A stretch of 64,000 nucleotides of DNA. Origin: an uncultured delta proteobacterium (GTDB lineage: Bacteria > Myxococcota > Myxococcia > Myxococcales > Myxococcaceae). Made by a program: the position numbers and the translations under genes. Positions 41,639 through 53,553 of this stretch are shown piece after piece. Each line of letters starts with the position of its first letter. Positions within the stretch are counted from its first letter, which is position 1. Location: assembly GCA_963771175.1 (NCBI GenBank), contig CAVYSY010000024.1:160001-224000 (forward strand), written 5' to 3'. The notes beneath the pieces are model-generated. The model did no database searches. It was not told where the DNA came from and saw only the letters and a list, made by a program, of their open reading frames with translations.

Positions 41639-43561
41639 CTAGCGCTTGCGCGCGTCGAAGCTCTTCGTCACCGAGCCGTTGGGCGTGATGGAGACATCGA
41701 AGGTCTTGGAAGCGCCCGAGGGGGGCTGGAAGGTGACCTTGTAGGTGCCCGGCGGGAGCGAGTACCTGGAGGTCCCCTGCACTTCCCGGGGCTTCTGGCC
41801 CGTGACGAGGACGGTGGCGTAGGGCCTGGCGACCACGACGAGGGTCCCCTTGGCCTCGACGGGCGCGGCCTGCGCCACGACACCGGCATCGGCCACCTCC
41901 GTGGGGGCGGGCCCGGCATCAGGCGGCGTGGGCACCGCGACCTTCACTTCGGACGGAGCAGCGGTCCCCGTCGGAGGAGCCGCGAGGGGCTCGGCGGGCC
42001 TGGCGGTCGCCGGGCTCGGCGCCCCCGAGCTCGTCGACGAGGAAGCACCCTGCACGGCGGAAGGGGTCGTGGGAGCCGGGTCCTTCGACGGCAGCACCAG
42101 GGCCGTCGCTCCACCGATGAGGACCAGGGCCACCACGCCCACGCCCACCCAGAGGCCCTTGCCCCTCCCCTTCGCTCCGGCGGTCTCCTGCGCGGAGGTG
42201 ACCGCGGGCATCACCTGGGCCACCCGCACGGGGGCGACGGGCTTCGACGCGCGCCCCTTCCCCTCGGGGCTGGCCACCGGACACCGGGCGTGAATCCCTG
42301 GCGTCCGGGACCGAGGGCATCGGAATCGTGGGGCGCTCGGGAAGGTCGGACGGAGCGGACCGCGTCTCTCCTTCCCCCTCCAGGTCACGAGGCAGCACCA
42401 TGGTGGACGCGGAGACCAGGGACTCCTCGGGCGAAGCGGTGCGCACCGACTTGTTGCGCTCCGAGGACGAGCCGGTGTTGCGCGGCAGCACCGCGGTGGG
42501 CTCGCGGGTGGAAGAAGGCGCGGGCGACTCCCCCGTGCGGCTCCGGGCGCGTGTTCCCGAGCCCGTCACGGGCGTGCTGCCGGAGCGGCTCCGCTGCGGG
42601 CGATCCATCAGCGCGGCCGGAGTCGGGATGAACTGGGTGAGGGGCGCGTCGAGCAGCCGCCGCACGAAGGTGGCCACGTCCGTGTCGTCCACGCTCCTCG
42701 CGTTGCGCAGCACGCACTGGGCGAGCGCGCGCTCCAGCTCGCCGGCGGTCTGGAAGCGCGCCTCCGGGTCGCGCTCGAGCGCGATGGCACCACCTCGTCC
42801 AGGTCCTGCGGCACGTCCGGGTTGAGGCGGGCCGGCGAGGCGATGACGCTCTCCTGCACCGCGCGCAGCACGGCGATGTCCGAGTCACCGTCGAAGAGCC
42901 GGCCGCCGGTGAGCATCTCCCAGAGCACGATGCCGAGCGCGAAGACGTCGGTGCGCGCGTCCACCTCCTCGCCGCGCGCCTGCTCCGGGGACATGTACGC
43001 GAACTTGCCCTTGAGCATGCCCGACTGGGTGGCTGGTCGCCGCCTTGGCGATGCCGAAGTCGGTGAGCTTCACCGCGCCGTCGAGCGACAGCAGCACGTT
43101 GTGCGGGGTGACGTCGCGGTGCACCAGGCCCAGCAGCTCGCCGTCCGCGGACTGAGCCGGTGCGCGTAGTGCAGCCCGCGCGCCACCTGCGCGCCGATGT
43201 GCGCCACCAGCGTCGGAGGCACCGCCACGCCCTTCTCCCGGCAGCGCTTGCGCAGATCCCACAGCGAGCAGCCGCGCACGTACTCCATCGCCAGGTAGTA
43301 CGAGTCGTCGTGCTTGTCGAAGTCGAAGATCTGCACCACGTTGGCGTGGTTGAGCCGCGAGGCCAGCCGCGCCTCCGCGATGAACATCTGCACGAAGCCC
43401 TGGTCATCCGCGAGGAACGCGCGCACCCGCTTGATGACGACTTCCTTCTCGAAGCCCTCGGGGCCCATCGCGGTGGCCAGGTAGATCTCGGCCATGCCGC
43501 CTTCGGCGAGCTTGCGCTTGACGACGTACTTGCCGATCGGTGTGCCTGCTTCGATTGTCAC
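41639..43561 (-). CDS. Ser/Thr protein kinase with TM helix and C-terminal PEGA-like domain; several frameshifts
   Basis: [42 protein letters not shown] '[15 protein letters not shown]'; '[10 protein letters not shown]'. Confidence 0.85.
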
Positions 43562-43578
43562 GGCGGAGATCCAAGGGT

Positions 43579-45511
43579 CTAGAACTGCACGACCACGATG
43601 TTGGGAATGTTGGGCTTCACCTCGACACGCCGGGTGCGTGTGCCCTGGTCCGGATTCGAGAACTTGCAGTCATAGGTGCCAACGGTCATCTGCACGTCCC
43701 GGAAGGGCGTCTCGCCCATCTTGGTTCCATTGCACGAAACCTCGGCCCACACTGTGATCGGCTTCACAACGAAGCGGACCATGGCCTTCCGCGACTCCTG
43801 CGGACGGGTCTCCCGGACTCTCCGCCACGACGGCCCGGGCGGGCTCCGGTTTGCGCTCGTCCTTCGGGGTCGAAGCCACGGCCTGACGCGGGACCCGAGC
43901 CTCCCCGGTCGACGCCTGTCCGGTGGAGAGGCCGCCCCCCGAGGCCACCACCTGGGCCTTGACGACCGCCGGCGCCTGCTCGGGCTCCGTGCGCGGGGTG
44001 GGCGGGGCCGAGACGACCACGGCGGGCTTCGGCTCCTCCTTCGGGGTCGGCTTCGGCTGCGTCACGGGCTTCGCCGTCGCATCCGGAGGCACCTGGGAGG
44101 GCGCGGGACGCAGCGCCCACCAGGCTCCCCCAAGCAGGCTCACGAGGATTCCCCCCGCGATGAACCCCACCACCAGCCGGTTCGACTTCTTCTGGGGAGC
44201 GGGCGCGGGAGCCACGGGGGCGGAGGCAGGAGCAGCGGGGAGGGCTGGCTGCCGTGCCCGGCTCGGCCTCGGCACGGGTCTCTCGGCGGAGCGCGGCTCC
44301 TCTCCGAGCTCGGCGGTACGGCGGAGGCTCCCGGTGCGCCGGGGCTCCTGCGCCTTACGCCCCGAGGAGCCACCGCGCGGCTCGCTCCGGGAGGCCCGGG
44401 GCGGTGTACGCGACGGCGGCGTGCGCTCCAACCGATCCGTCGACTCCCGTGCCGCCGGTGCCACGCCCGAGTCCACCTGACGCGGCGCCGCCTTCGTCTC
44501 GGCGGACTTGTCGGACGACCTCGCCTCGGACGGAGAGAGGGGCTCGGAGTCCTCCACGAGCAACTCGCCCAGCCGGGACTCCTCGGCCAGCCGCGCGGCG
44601 TAGAGATTGTTCATGAAGTCCGCGACGTGCGCCGAGGACGACGCATGCTGGTGGGCGACGAGCCAGTCCTCCAGCGCGAGCTGGAGCTGCACCGCCTCCG
44701 AGTAGCGGTCCTCCGGGCTGCGCGCCAGCGCCTTCATGACGATGGGGTCCAGGTCCTCCGGCACGCGCGGGTTGACCTGGGAGGGCGGAGGAATGTCGCA
44801 CTCGGCCACCGCCTGCAGCGTGGCCATGTCGCTGGGCCGCTTGAAGAGGCGGTTGCAGGTGAGCAGCTCGTACAGCACCACCCCCAGAGCGAAGATGTCG
44901 CTGCGCCGATCGACCTTCTGCCCGGCGGCCTGCTCCGGCGACATGTACGAGTACTTGCCCTTGAGCACCCCCGAGCGCGTGACGGTGGCCTGGTCCGCCG
45001 CCTTGGCGATGCCGAAGTCCACCACCTTCACCCGCCCGTCGAACGTCACCAGGATGTTCTGCGGCGAGATGTCCCGGTGGACGATGTTCAGCGGCTTGCC
45101 GGCGGCGTCCGTCTTCTTGTGCGCGTAGTCCAGGCCGGCGCAGGCCTCGATGATGACGCGGCACACCAGCGGCACTGGAATGGGCGTGTCCGCCCGGTCC
45201 GCGCGCTTCCACACGCGCCGCAGGTCCTCACCATGGATGTACTCCATGGCGATGAAGAAGCTGTCGTCCTGGGCGCCCAGGTCGAAGATCTGGACGATGT
45301 TGGGGTGGTTGAGCCGGGCGGCGATGCGGGCCTCGTCCAGGAACATCCGGACGAAGTCCTCGTTCTCCGCCAGGTGCGGGAGGATGCGCTTGACCACCAG
45401 CCGCTTCTCGAAGCCCTCGGGGCCCCGCTGGCGCGCGAGATAGATCTGCGCCATGCCGCCCATGGCGAGCTTCTCGAGCAGCTGGTAGTTGCCGTAGTTC
45501 TCGATCGACAC
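43579..45511 (-). CDS. Ser/Thr protein kinase with TM helix and C-terminal PEGA-like domain; frameshift near 43790
   Basis: [37 protein letters not shown]; '[16 protein letters not shown]' in the 43579..43782 frame. Confidence 0.88.
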
Positions 45512-45631
45512 GGTGCGACAAGCCCCTTTCCACGGCAGGGCAACCGTGGACGGAGGCACCCGGGTGCGGAAGGACCCGAGCGTAAGCGGCCCGGCCGGGA
45601 GGGTCAAACCCCCTGTCGATCGTCCCCTCTC

Positions 45632-46006
45632 CTACCCCCCGCGGCGGGCGGGGGCTCGGACCTGGCGGGTCTCGCGCATGAGCGCTTCCAGCTCGTCCAG
45701 GTGCCGCCGCAGCACGGGCATCAGCACGGGCGCGGCATCCACCCGGTCGAAGAGGTCCAACACCCGGTCCACCTTGCGCTCGATCTCCTCGGCCCGGGCC
45801 GGGGAGATGCGGCGCAGCAACAGGTCCACCGCCGCCTCCATCATGGCCCGAGCCACCGCGTCGCGAGAGCCGAGCGGCTCGTCCTGCCGGCGCTGCCCAC
45901 CGCCCTCGATGACGCGCAGGCCGCCGGGCGGGCGGACGGGCGCGGGCGTAGAACGGGTGAGCGGACGCTCGGAGGTGGAGTTGTCGTCGTGCTGTCGGGA
46001 GCTCAC
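45632..46006 (-). CDS. Hypothetical protein
   Basis: GGAGG RBS before GTG 46006; LRVIEGGG motif then helical domain. Confidence 0.65.
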   Translation of the reverse strand: MSSRQHDDNSTSERPLTRSTPAPVRPPGGLRVIEGGGQRRQDEPLGSRDAVARAMMEAAVDLLLRRISPARAEEIERKVDRVLDLFDRVDAAPVLMPVLRRHLDELEALMRETRQVRAPARRGG

Positions 46007-46164
46007 CGTCGCCTCCTGCTGCGGGGATGCCCTCAGGGTACTCAGCATGGGTTGCCCTCCAATTTTCCGGTCAACCGCACAGACCGATGCAGAGCTGTAG
46101 CACTCGCGTCCGACATGTCGCGCCGGAGGCCGGATTCTCGGCCCCAGCGCGTTTCACCCCACTC

Positions 46165-49117
46165 TCAGCGGCACACGCGGCGGTAGTGGATCTCCACCTT
46201 CGCCCCCGGCGCGGGAGCCGTGGAGAAGACGACGCTGTTGCTGCCGCCGTCATAGGACCAACCGCTCGTCGCCGGAGAGCCGTTCACCTGCACCGTGATG
46301 CTGCCCGCGTCTGGCTGCTCGCTGAGCGGGAAGCGGTCCTGCGCGGAGAAGGCCTTGTTGGCCACCGCGCGCAGCAGGGGCGCGTAGTCGGCGGTGCACA
46401 CGGAGAGCACCTCGCCGCCGGTGCGGGCCGCGGCCTCCGCGTAGCGCGTCCCGGCACCGCCCGAGGTGGGGCACCCGGAGGCCGTGGGCGCGATGGCATA
46501 GATGGTCATGCGCTGCGGCTGGTGCTCGCCCTTGCGCTCCTGGAGGAAGTGCACGTAGGTGTCCACGCTGTCGGGCGAGTGGTCGTCCTCGTCCCCCATG
46601 AAGACGACCACCAGCGCCGCCTCGTCGCGCAGGAAGCCCCGGTTGCCGTCGTTCTTCTGGGGCGTGCGCGGATCATCCGCGCTGCCCACCAGCGGCTCCG
46701 ATAGAGCGCGGCGCACGGCCTCGAAGCCCTGCTCCACCACCGCGCACTGGCCCACCGACACGTTGCGCTGCAGCACCGTCCCCAGGTCCGCCGTGCGGTT
46801 CGTCAGGAGGCGCGGTCCGCTGTTGTTCACCGGGAAGAAGCGACCCGCCTCGCCGCCACGGGCCCCGCCGGGACAGGCGTCGGAGATGGGATCGATTCCC
46901 GTGGTGGTGACCGCCACGTGCATGTCCACGCCCGTGGCCAGCGCGGCGTCGGCGAAGGCGGGCATGGCCGACACGATGCGTGGCTGCTCCTCCACCATGG
47001 ACGCGGTGTTGTCCACCACGAAGAGGACGTCCACCTTGGAGCCGTCCTGCTGCACGAAGGTGTCCGTCTTCTCCACCCGCTTGGAGGACTCGCCGATGAG
47101 CGGCACGAGCAGCGGCTCGGGCAGGTCCGACACGTCCACGAAGAGCGGCGACATGTTCAGCCCATGCACCTGGGCCAGGTAGCCCACCTCCACCGTGAAG
47201 GCCTCACCCGGAGCCAGCGTGAAGGGAGTGCCCGGCGCGTCCTCCGAGCTCGAACTCGCCATCCGTGGTCCCCGCCCCGATGTGCACCCCGGACACCGTC
47301 ACCGGAGTCCGGCAGGCGTTGAGGAAGTTCACCTCTCGCGGGGGCGGCGGGCAGTCCGGACGCGCCACGCCGTAGTCCAGGTAGCGCGGCGAGGCCACCA
47401 GGCACGCGGCCTCCGAGTGGGCCATCAGCGGCACCAGCACCAGCGGGTTGGTGGGATCCGCCGGCTCGAGCTGCACCATGCCCGTGAAGTCGCCGCCCGC
47501 CGCCGGGGCAATGAAGGCCACCATGAAGCTGAACCAGTCCCCCGGCCACATGATGAGGCCGTCCAGCTCGCCGCCCGGCATGCTGAACACCCCGCCCCCG
47601 TTGTCGCGCAGGCGGAGGTTCTTCACCGCGCACAGGTCCGTGCCCTGGTTCTCCACCTTGATGCCCAGCACCGCGCCCTTGCCGGGCACCACCGTGCCGA
47701 AGTCCACCGCCATCGGGGTGACGGCCACCTCGCACGGCGCGTGCCGCTCCGCGAAGCCCGTGAAGTCCAGCTCCGCGGTGATGCCCGTGTACACGTTCGT
47801 GGTCATCACCAGCCGACCCGCCGCGGCCCCCACGCGCGTGGGCTCGTAGAAGACCTTGAAGTTCACCTCCTCGCCGGGCAGCAGCCGGTACGGCAGCGCC
47901 AGCGGCGGGGTGTTGAACTGGATGTCCGCGTCCGGGTGCCCATCCATCGAGTGGAACTCGAGCCCGTAAATGGTGAGCGGGCCCCCGTTGGAGGAGCCGC
48001 AGTTCTTCACGTTGACCACCACGGCCGTCTTCGAGCCGAGCGGCTGGCGCCCGAAGTCATGGGAGAGCGGCGACACGCACAGCTCCGCCGCGCCGCCGAA
48101 GCCGCGCAGCCCCACGTCCGTGGTGGGGTTGCGCTTGCTCTCCACATGGAAGATGGCCTTGTCCTCGGCCGGCCCCATGTGACCCGGGCTGTAGCGCAGC
48201 TCCCAGGTGCGCGTCTCACCGGGCCCCAGCACCAGCGGCAGGCCCGGGGCCCCATGGCTGAAGGAGGCGTCCTTGCCCTCCAGGTTCAGCGCCGTCACCG
48301 TCATGGGCTCGGTGCTGATGTTGTGCAGGCGCGCCAGCCGGAAGCTGTCCTTGTCCACCGGCACGGAGCCGAAGTCGAGCTCGGGCGGCTCGGCCACCAC
48401 CGCCCGATCCAGCGCCTCGGCCACCACCTGCACCGCCACGTCCGAGCACCCCCGGCACGGCGACACCGCCAGCGCCACCTGCTTGCGCCCCACCCTCCCG
48501 GGCGAGAACGTGAGTGGCACCTCGCGCTGCTCCCCCGGCCCCAGCGTCAGGGGGGCCACGGAGAACTCGTCCCGGTCCGCCCCCAGCGGCTTCGGCGTCA
48601 CCTCCACCGGCATGTCCGTGGGGTTGTTGACGGTGAAGCTCAGCGTCTTGGAGGACTCGGCCTCGATGCGCCCGAAGTCCAACCGCCGCGGCGACACGCG
48701 CGCCCACGCCTCCACCCCCATGCCCTGCAACGGGACACGGATGAGCGGCCCCCGCTTCGCGTCCGAGCGCACCACCAGCGTGGCCGGCAGGGGCCCGGAC
48801 TCCAGCGGAGTGAAGCGCACCCGCAGCGCGCAATCGCCGCCGGGGATGAGCGTGTGCGGACCCTCGTGGGTGAAGTCCACCCTCCAGGAGCCCGCCGGCC
48901 CTTCCACCCAGGCCTCGTCCACGATGATGCGCGCACGACCCACGTTGCGCAGCACCACCTCCGCCTCGCGCCCGTCGAAAATAGCCACCCGCTGGAAATC
49001 CAATCCTCCCGGCGTTGCCGTCAGCCGACCGTCGGCGATGGTCGGTCGATCGCGATCCGCGCACCCCGCCAACACCACCAGCACTGCGAGGGCCCACAGG
49101 CCCCAGCGCCCGCTCAT
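46165..49117 (-). CDS. Lipoprotein with six Ig-like (choice-of-anchor D/ASH-type) repeats and C-terminal vWA domain; frameshift near 47250
   Basis: Lipobox VLAGC; repeats P..LDFG.V; DVLFVVDNTASM MIDAS-like motif and GDEDDHS. Confidence 0.8.
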
Positions 49118-49375
49118 GGCTCCCCTTCCCCTTCCCACGCCCACCACCCCACCCTGGAACCCACACGAGGGACCTACGGGATCAGGGTGCGAAGCTAGGC
49201 ACCCACGGTGGGGGGAGCAACGGCCCAGGAAGGAGCGAATGTCCGCCACGAGAACACCTCTCCCCCCCTCCCACCTCCGCGCTGTCACCATTCGGAGCGC
49301 GCTCCCGGTCCCTCCCCGCCGGGCGGCACGTCGCTTGCTGTCCTCTTGAAGCAGACCCCTACGGGAGGACGAGTC

Positions 49376-49639
49376 ATGAACGAGCAGCAGATGCGCGACT
49401 GGATGAAGGAGAACCTCGGTCGGCTCAAGACGCTGCGCGATGAGATTCGCGTGGACATCCACCTGGCCAGCATGGACGCCAAGGACAAGTGGAAGGAGCT
49501 GGAGCCCGTGATGCGCGACGCGGAGAAGCTCGCCGATGAGGTGTCGGACGTCTCGCGCCGGACCATGGAGGAGCTGGTGGAGAAGTTCCGCCACTTCCGC
49601 GAGTCGGTCCGCTACCACCGGCCAGGCGGGCAGCCGTAA
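49376..49639 (+). CDS. Small amphipathic/coiled-coil hypothetical protein
   Basis: GGAGG RBS; LKTLRDEIRVDIHLASMDAKDKWKELE. Confidence 0.7.
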   Translation: MNEQQMRDWMKENLGRLKTLRDEIRVDIHLASMDAKDKWKELEPVMRDAEKLADEVSDVSRRTMEELVEKFRHFRESVRYHRPGGQP

Positions 49640-49741
49640 TCCGGAAGGCACGGCCCTGACGCGGCACACGCAATTACTGCGGACCGCCGCACCGGAGCCG
49701 CAAGCACTGCACCCACGCCCCGGCTGGCCGAGCCCACTCCC

Positions 49742-50620
49742 ATGCCCCATGATGGGAACCCTATGAACGTGCGGCCCGCGGAGCTGCAATCCCTGCTGGG
49801 GCGGGCCGGACGCCGGCTCGCCTCCGGATTGGTGGAGGGTTCCCTGGAGCACATGCGCTCCGTTCCCTTCCGGGACGCGGGCCACGGCTACGACGTCTTC
49901 GGGTACGAGCCCCTGCACGCGGCCTGTATCCTGCCCGTACTGAAGACCCTCCACCGGCACTGGTTCCGAGTCCGCTCGCACGGGACCGAGCACGTGCCCG
50001 CCCACGGCCCGGCCATCGTCGTGGGCAACCACTCGGGCACCCTGCCCTTCGATGCGATGATGTTGTGGACGGACATCGTCCTCCGGTGCCGGCGCCTGCC
50101 GCGTACGGTGGCCGACTACTTCGTGCCCGCCCTGCCCTTCATCGGCACCCTGTTCGCCCGAGGCGGCGTGGTGGGAGGCACGGCGGGCAACCTCCGGGTG
50201 CTGCTCGACGCGGGCGAGTTGCTGATGATCTTCCCCGAGGGCGTCCCCGGCATCGCCAAGCCCTTCCGCGAGCGCTACCAGCTCCAGGAGTTCCGCGTGG
50301 GCCACGCGGAGCTGGCCATCCGCCACCAGGCCCCCGTCGTGCCCGTGGGCATCGTGGGCGCGGAGGAACAGATGCCGCAGTTCGCCCGCCTGCCCGTCCA
50401 CGCCTTCGGCATCCCCCATCTGCCGATCATGTTGACGCCCCTGCCCCTGCCCGTGCGCTACCACTTCCACTATGGCGAGCCCCTGCGGCTCCACGAGGGC
50501 CTGCGTCCCGAGGACGCCGATGACCCGGAGGTGGTGCGGCGGGCCTCCGAGCGGGTACGTCACGCCGTCCAGGCGCTCGTCAACCGGGGCCTCCAGCTGC
50601 GCAAGGGGGTGTTCCGATGA
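49742..50620 (+). CDS. Lysophospholipid acyltransferase family protein (PlsC/DGAT-like)
   Basis: NHSGTLPFD (HX5D variant of the catalytic motif), FPEG, PVVPVGIVGAEE. Confidence 0.88.
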   Translation: MPHDGNPMNVRPAELQSLLGRAGRRLASGLVEGSLEHMRSVPFRDAGHGYDVFGYEPLHAACILPVLKTLHRHWFRVRSHGTEHVPAHGPAIVVGNHSGTLPFDAMMLWTDIVLRCRRLPRTVADYFVPALPFIGTLFARGGVVGGTAGNLRVLLDAGELLMIFPEGVPGIAKPFRERYQLQEFRVGHAELAIRHQAPVVPVGIVGAEEQMPQFARLPVHAFGIPHLPIMLTPLPLPVRYHFHYGEPLRLHEGLRPEDADDPEVVRRASERVRHAVQALVNRGLQLRKGVFR

Positions 50621-51615
50621 GCGCGCGCTCCGGCTGGCGGTCCCCGAGGGGCGTGCTGGTGCTGGGCGCGAGCACGCCGCTGGGAGAGCGCCTGTGCCGG
50701 GCGCTGCTGGCGGACCCCTCCCTGCGCGCGGTGCTCGCCGTGGGCAGGGAGCCTCGCGAGCAGGTCCACCTCCCGGACGACGCGCGGCTGACGTACCAGC
50801 CGGTGGACATCACCCACGCGCGGCCGGTGCACGACATGCTCTTCGGCACGGCGAGAGACCTTGGGGTCGACGTGGTGGTGCACCTCGCCATGCACCGGGC
50901 CAACGACTTCGGTGACCAGGTCCACATGCAGAACGTCGAGTCCCTGCGGTGGTTGCTCTCGCTGTCGGACCGGCACCCCACCCTGCGGCGGCTGGTGTTC
51001 CGCTCGAACGCGGACGTGTACCGCGTGGAGCCCGGCCTGCCGTCCGTCATCACCGAGGACCACCCGCTGGAGCTCTCTCCCGACGCCCCCCAGTGGGTAC
51101 GAGACCGCGTGGAGGCGGATCTGCTGGCCTGCGCGCGGATGGGAGTGGCGGCCGGGCTGGAGATCGCCGTGCTGCGCTGCGCGGAAGTGCTCGCGCCCAA
51201 CGAGGGCTCCCAGCTTCACGACTACCTGTCCGCGCCGGTGTGCCTGCGCTCGGCGGGCTTCAACCCCATGCTCAACGTGCTGTCGCTGGAGGACGCCACC
51301 GAGGCGCTCCGGCTGGCCGTGTACGCCGGCGGCACCCAGGGCATCTTCAACATCCCCGGCGCGGACACCCTGCCCCTGTCCGGGTGCATCCGCCTGGCGG
51401 GCCGGGTGGACGTGCCGGTACCGGGGCCCCTGCTCGCGCCCGTCTACGAGGCCCGGCGCCGCCTGAGGGGGGCCCAGTTCTCCTACCGCATCAACCGGGG
51501 CCGCTTCCACCTCGCGGCCGTGCTGGACGGCACCCACGCCCGCCGGCTGCTGGGGTACGAGCCCCACCACCCGGTGGATTGGAAAGAAAGCGGCGAAGGT
51601 CGCCAGATGCGATAA
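50617..51615 (+). CDS. NAD-dependent epimerase/dehydratase-like (atypical extended SDR)
   Basis: VLVLGAST, DVVVHLA, S..VY, ITED, GIFNIPG; ATGA overlap with the acyltransferase gene. Confidence 0.8.
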   Translation: MSARSGWRSPRGVLVLGASTPLGERLCRALLADPSLRAVLAVGREPREQVHLPDDARLTYQPVDITHARPVHDMLFGTARDLGVDVVVHLAMHRANDFGDQVHMQNVESLRWLLSLSDRHPTLRRLVFRSNADVYRVEPGLPSVITEDHPLELSPDAPQWVRDRVEADLLACARMGVAAGLEIAVLRCAEVLAPNEGSQLHDYLSAPVCLRSAGFNPMLNVLSLEDATEALRLAVYAGGTQGIFNIPGADTLPLSGCIRLAGRVDVPVPGPLLAPVYEARRRLRGAQFSYRINRGRFHLAAVLDGTHARRLLGYEPHHPVDWKESGEGRQMR

Positions 51616-51656
51616 GCCAGGGGGTCCACGCCCCCCCAGGGCCCCGGAGGGACCGC

Positions 51657-52298
51657 ATGCCGACGGAGTCGCAGCAGAAACGTGAGCCGCGCCACTTCTC
51701 GATGATCCGCACCTTCACGCCCGCGGACTTCGTCACACTGGGCAATGCCTTCTCGGGGGCGGGAGCCATCCTGGCCCAGATGCAGTACCTGGCCACCGGG
51801 CAGCCGCGCTGGCTGTGGCTGGCCTTCGGGCTCATGCCGCTGGCCTTCCTCCTCGACGCGCTCGACGGGCGCGTCGCGCGCTGGCGCTTCCAGTCCTCGC
51901 CCCTGGGCGCGGACCTGGACTCGCTGGCGGACGTCATTTCCTTCGGCGTGGCGCCCGCGTCGCTGGCCTTCTCGGTGGGGCTGCGCGGCGCGCTGGACGT
52001 GGTGGTGCTGCTCTACTTCGTGGGCTGTGGCGTCAGCCGCCTGGCACGCTTCAACGTCACCGCCGCCTCCCTCGCGGATGGCACCGGCAAGGTGAAGTAC
52101 TTCGAGGGCACCCCCATCCCCACCAGCCTGGCGCTCGTGCTGGTGCTGGCCATCCTCTTCTGGAAGGGGCTCACCGGGGAGGCGCTCCCCTTCGGGGTGT
52201 GGAACATCGGGGCGTTCCAGCTCCACCCGCTGGTGCTGATGTACTTCGCCAGCGGCAGCGCGATGATCAGCAAGACGCTGCGCATCCCCAAGTTCTGA
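51657..52298 (+). CDS. CDP-alcohol phosphatidyltransferase (PssA-like phosphatidylserine synthase)
   Basis: DALDGRVAR..SPLGADLDSLADVISFGVAP, RLARFN, FEGTPIP. Confidence 0.88.
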   Translation: MPTESQQKREPRHFSMIRTFTPADFVTLGNAFSGAGAILAQMQYLATGQPRWLWLAFGLMPLAFLLDALDGRVARWRFQSSPLGADLDSLADVISFGVAPASLAFSVGLRGALDVVVLLYFVGCGVSRLARFNVTAASLADGTGKVKYFEGTPIPTSLALVLVLAILFWKGLTGEALPFGVWNIGAFQLHPLVLMYFASGSAMISKTLRIPKF

Positions 52299-52299
52299 G

Positions 52300-53541
52300 C
52301 TATCGGATGACGGGCCACCACTGGCGCCGGGTGAGCGCCTGGCAGGTACCGATGCCGGCGGCCAGCGCTCCGATGCGCAGCGCCGTCTGCACCAGGGTGG
52401 CGGTGCCCGCGGAGTAGTCCTGCTCGGCCAGTTCCAGCACGGAGCGGAAGGCCAGCACGCCGGGCACGAGCGGGATGAAACCCGGAATGACGCAGATGCT
52501 GGTGGGCATGCGAAGGGCGTACGCGATGGGCTCGGACAGGAGCACGATGCCGAACCCCGCGAAGAACATGGCGCCCTCGGGAGGCATGGCCGGGGCGAGC
52601 AGCGCGACACCCCCTCGCAGGGCGTAACCCACCGCCCCCACGAGCGCACAGGGCAGCAGCGCGCCGCGGGGAACGTCGAAGAGCACGGCGAAGCCGGTGG
52701 TGGCCACGAGCGCCAGCAGGGTGGCGGGGATGAGCGGCGGTGACGTGCTGGTGGCGAGCGCCAACTGGACTCCGGAGACGAGCAGCACCACGTACAGGCC
52801 GGCCCCGACGATGATGATGATGAGCGTCGCGGACAAGGCTCGGGCCATGCCGGAGAGGGTGTCCCCTCGGAACAGATCCGCCACGGAGCTGACCATGAGG
52901 ACGCCGGGCACCAGCAGGAGCACCGAGGCGGCCAGGACGAGCCCCGGCTCGGCGGCCCCCAGCACGCGAGCCCCCAGCAGCCCGAGGCCGGCGGCCACCA
53001 CCGTCACCAGGAAGGTCATCGCCATCCGGCCCACCTGCAGGCGGGCCAGCAACTCGCGCAGGGCCTGCCCCACGCCGGCCGCCACGCCCGCCACCACTGC
53101 CTCCAGGGCATTGCCGCCGAAGAGGAGCGCGAAGCAGGCGCAGGCGGCTCCCACCGCCAGGATCGTGATGACATCCCCGTAGAGCCGGGGCGCGCGGGCG
53201 ATGCGCTCCAGCTCGTCGCGGAGCTGCGACCGACTCAGCTCGCCGGAGCCCGCCCGCTCGGCGAGCGCGTTGACGGCGGCCACCCGGTTCAGGTCGATGC
53301 CCGTCTTCACCACGCGCACGATGCGGGTGCGGTGCTGCTCGTGGGAGATGGCGGTGCTCACGATGCCGGTGGGCGTGGCGAACACGTCCAGCCGCTGGGC
53401 GCCCAGAGCCGTCCCGAAGCGGGTGACGGCCTCCTCCACCCGGGCCATGTTGGCGCCGTTCTCCAGCATGATCTGCCCGGCGCGCAGCGCCACGCCGAGC
53501 ACCTCGCCGAGCTCCTGGTTGCTGAGGGGATGTGTATCCAT
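52300..53541 (-). CDS. Threonine/serine exporter ThrE family (fused two-domain)
   Basis: G..MLENGA...RVEE, LLLVPG, PGFIPLVPG; about 10 TM helices. Confidence 0.88.
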   Translation of the reverse strand: MDTHPLSNQELGEVLGVALRAGQIMLENGANMARVEEAVTRFGTALGAQRLDVFATPTGIVSTAISHEQHRTRIVRVVKTGIDLNRVAAVNALAERAGSGELSRSQLRDELERIARAPRLYGDVITILAVGAACACFALLFGGNALEAVVAGVAAGVGQALRELLARLQVGRMAMTFLVTVVAAGLGLLGARVLGAAEPGLVLAASVLLLVPGVLMVSSVADLFRGDTLSGMARALSATLIIIIVGAGLYVVLLVSGVQLALATSTSPPLIPATLLALVATTGFAVLFDVPRGALLPCALVGAVGYALRGGVALLAPAMPPEGAMFFAGFGIVLLSEPIAYALRMPTSICVIPGFIPLVPGVLAFRSVLELAEQDYSAGTATLVQTALRIGALAAGIGTCQALTRRQWWPVIR

Positions 53542-53553
53542 CCGTGCTGGGGG

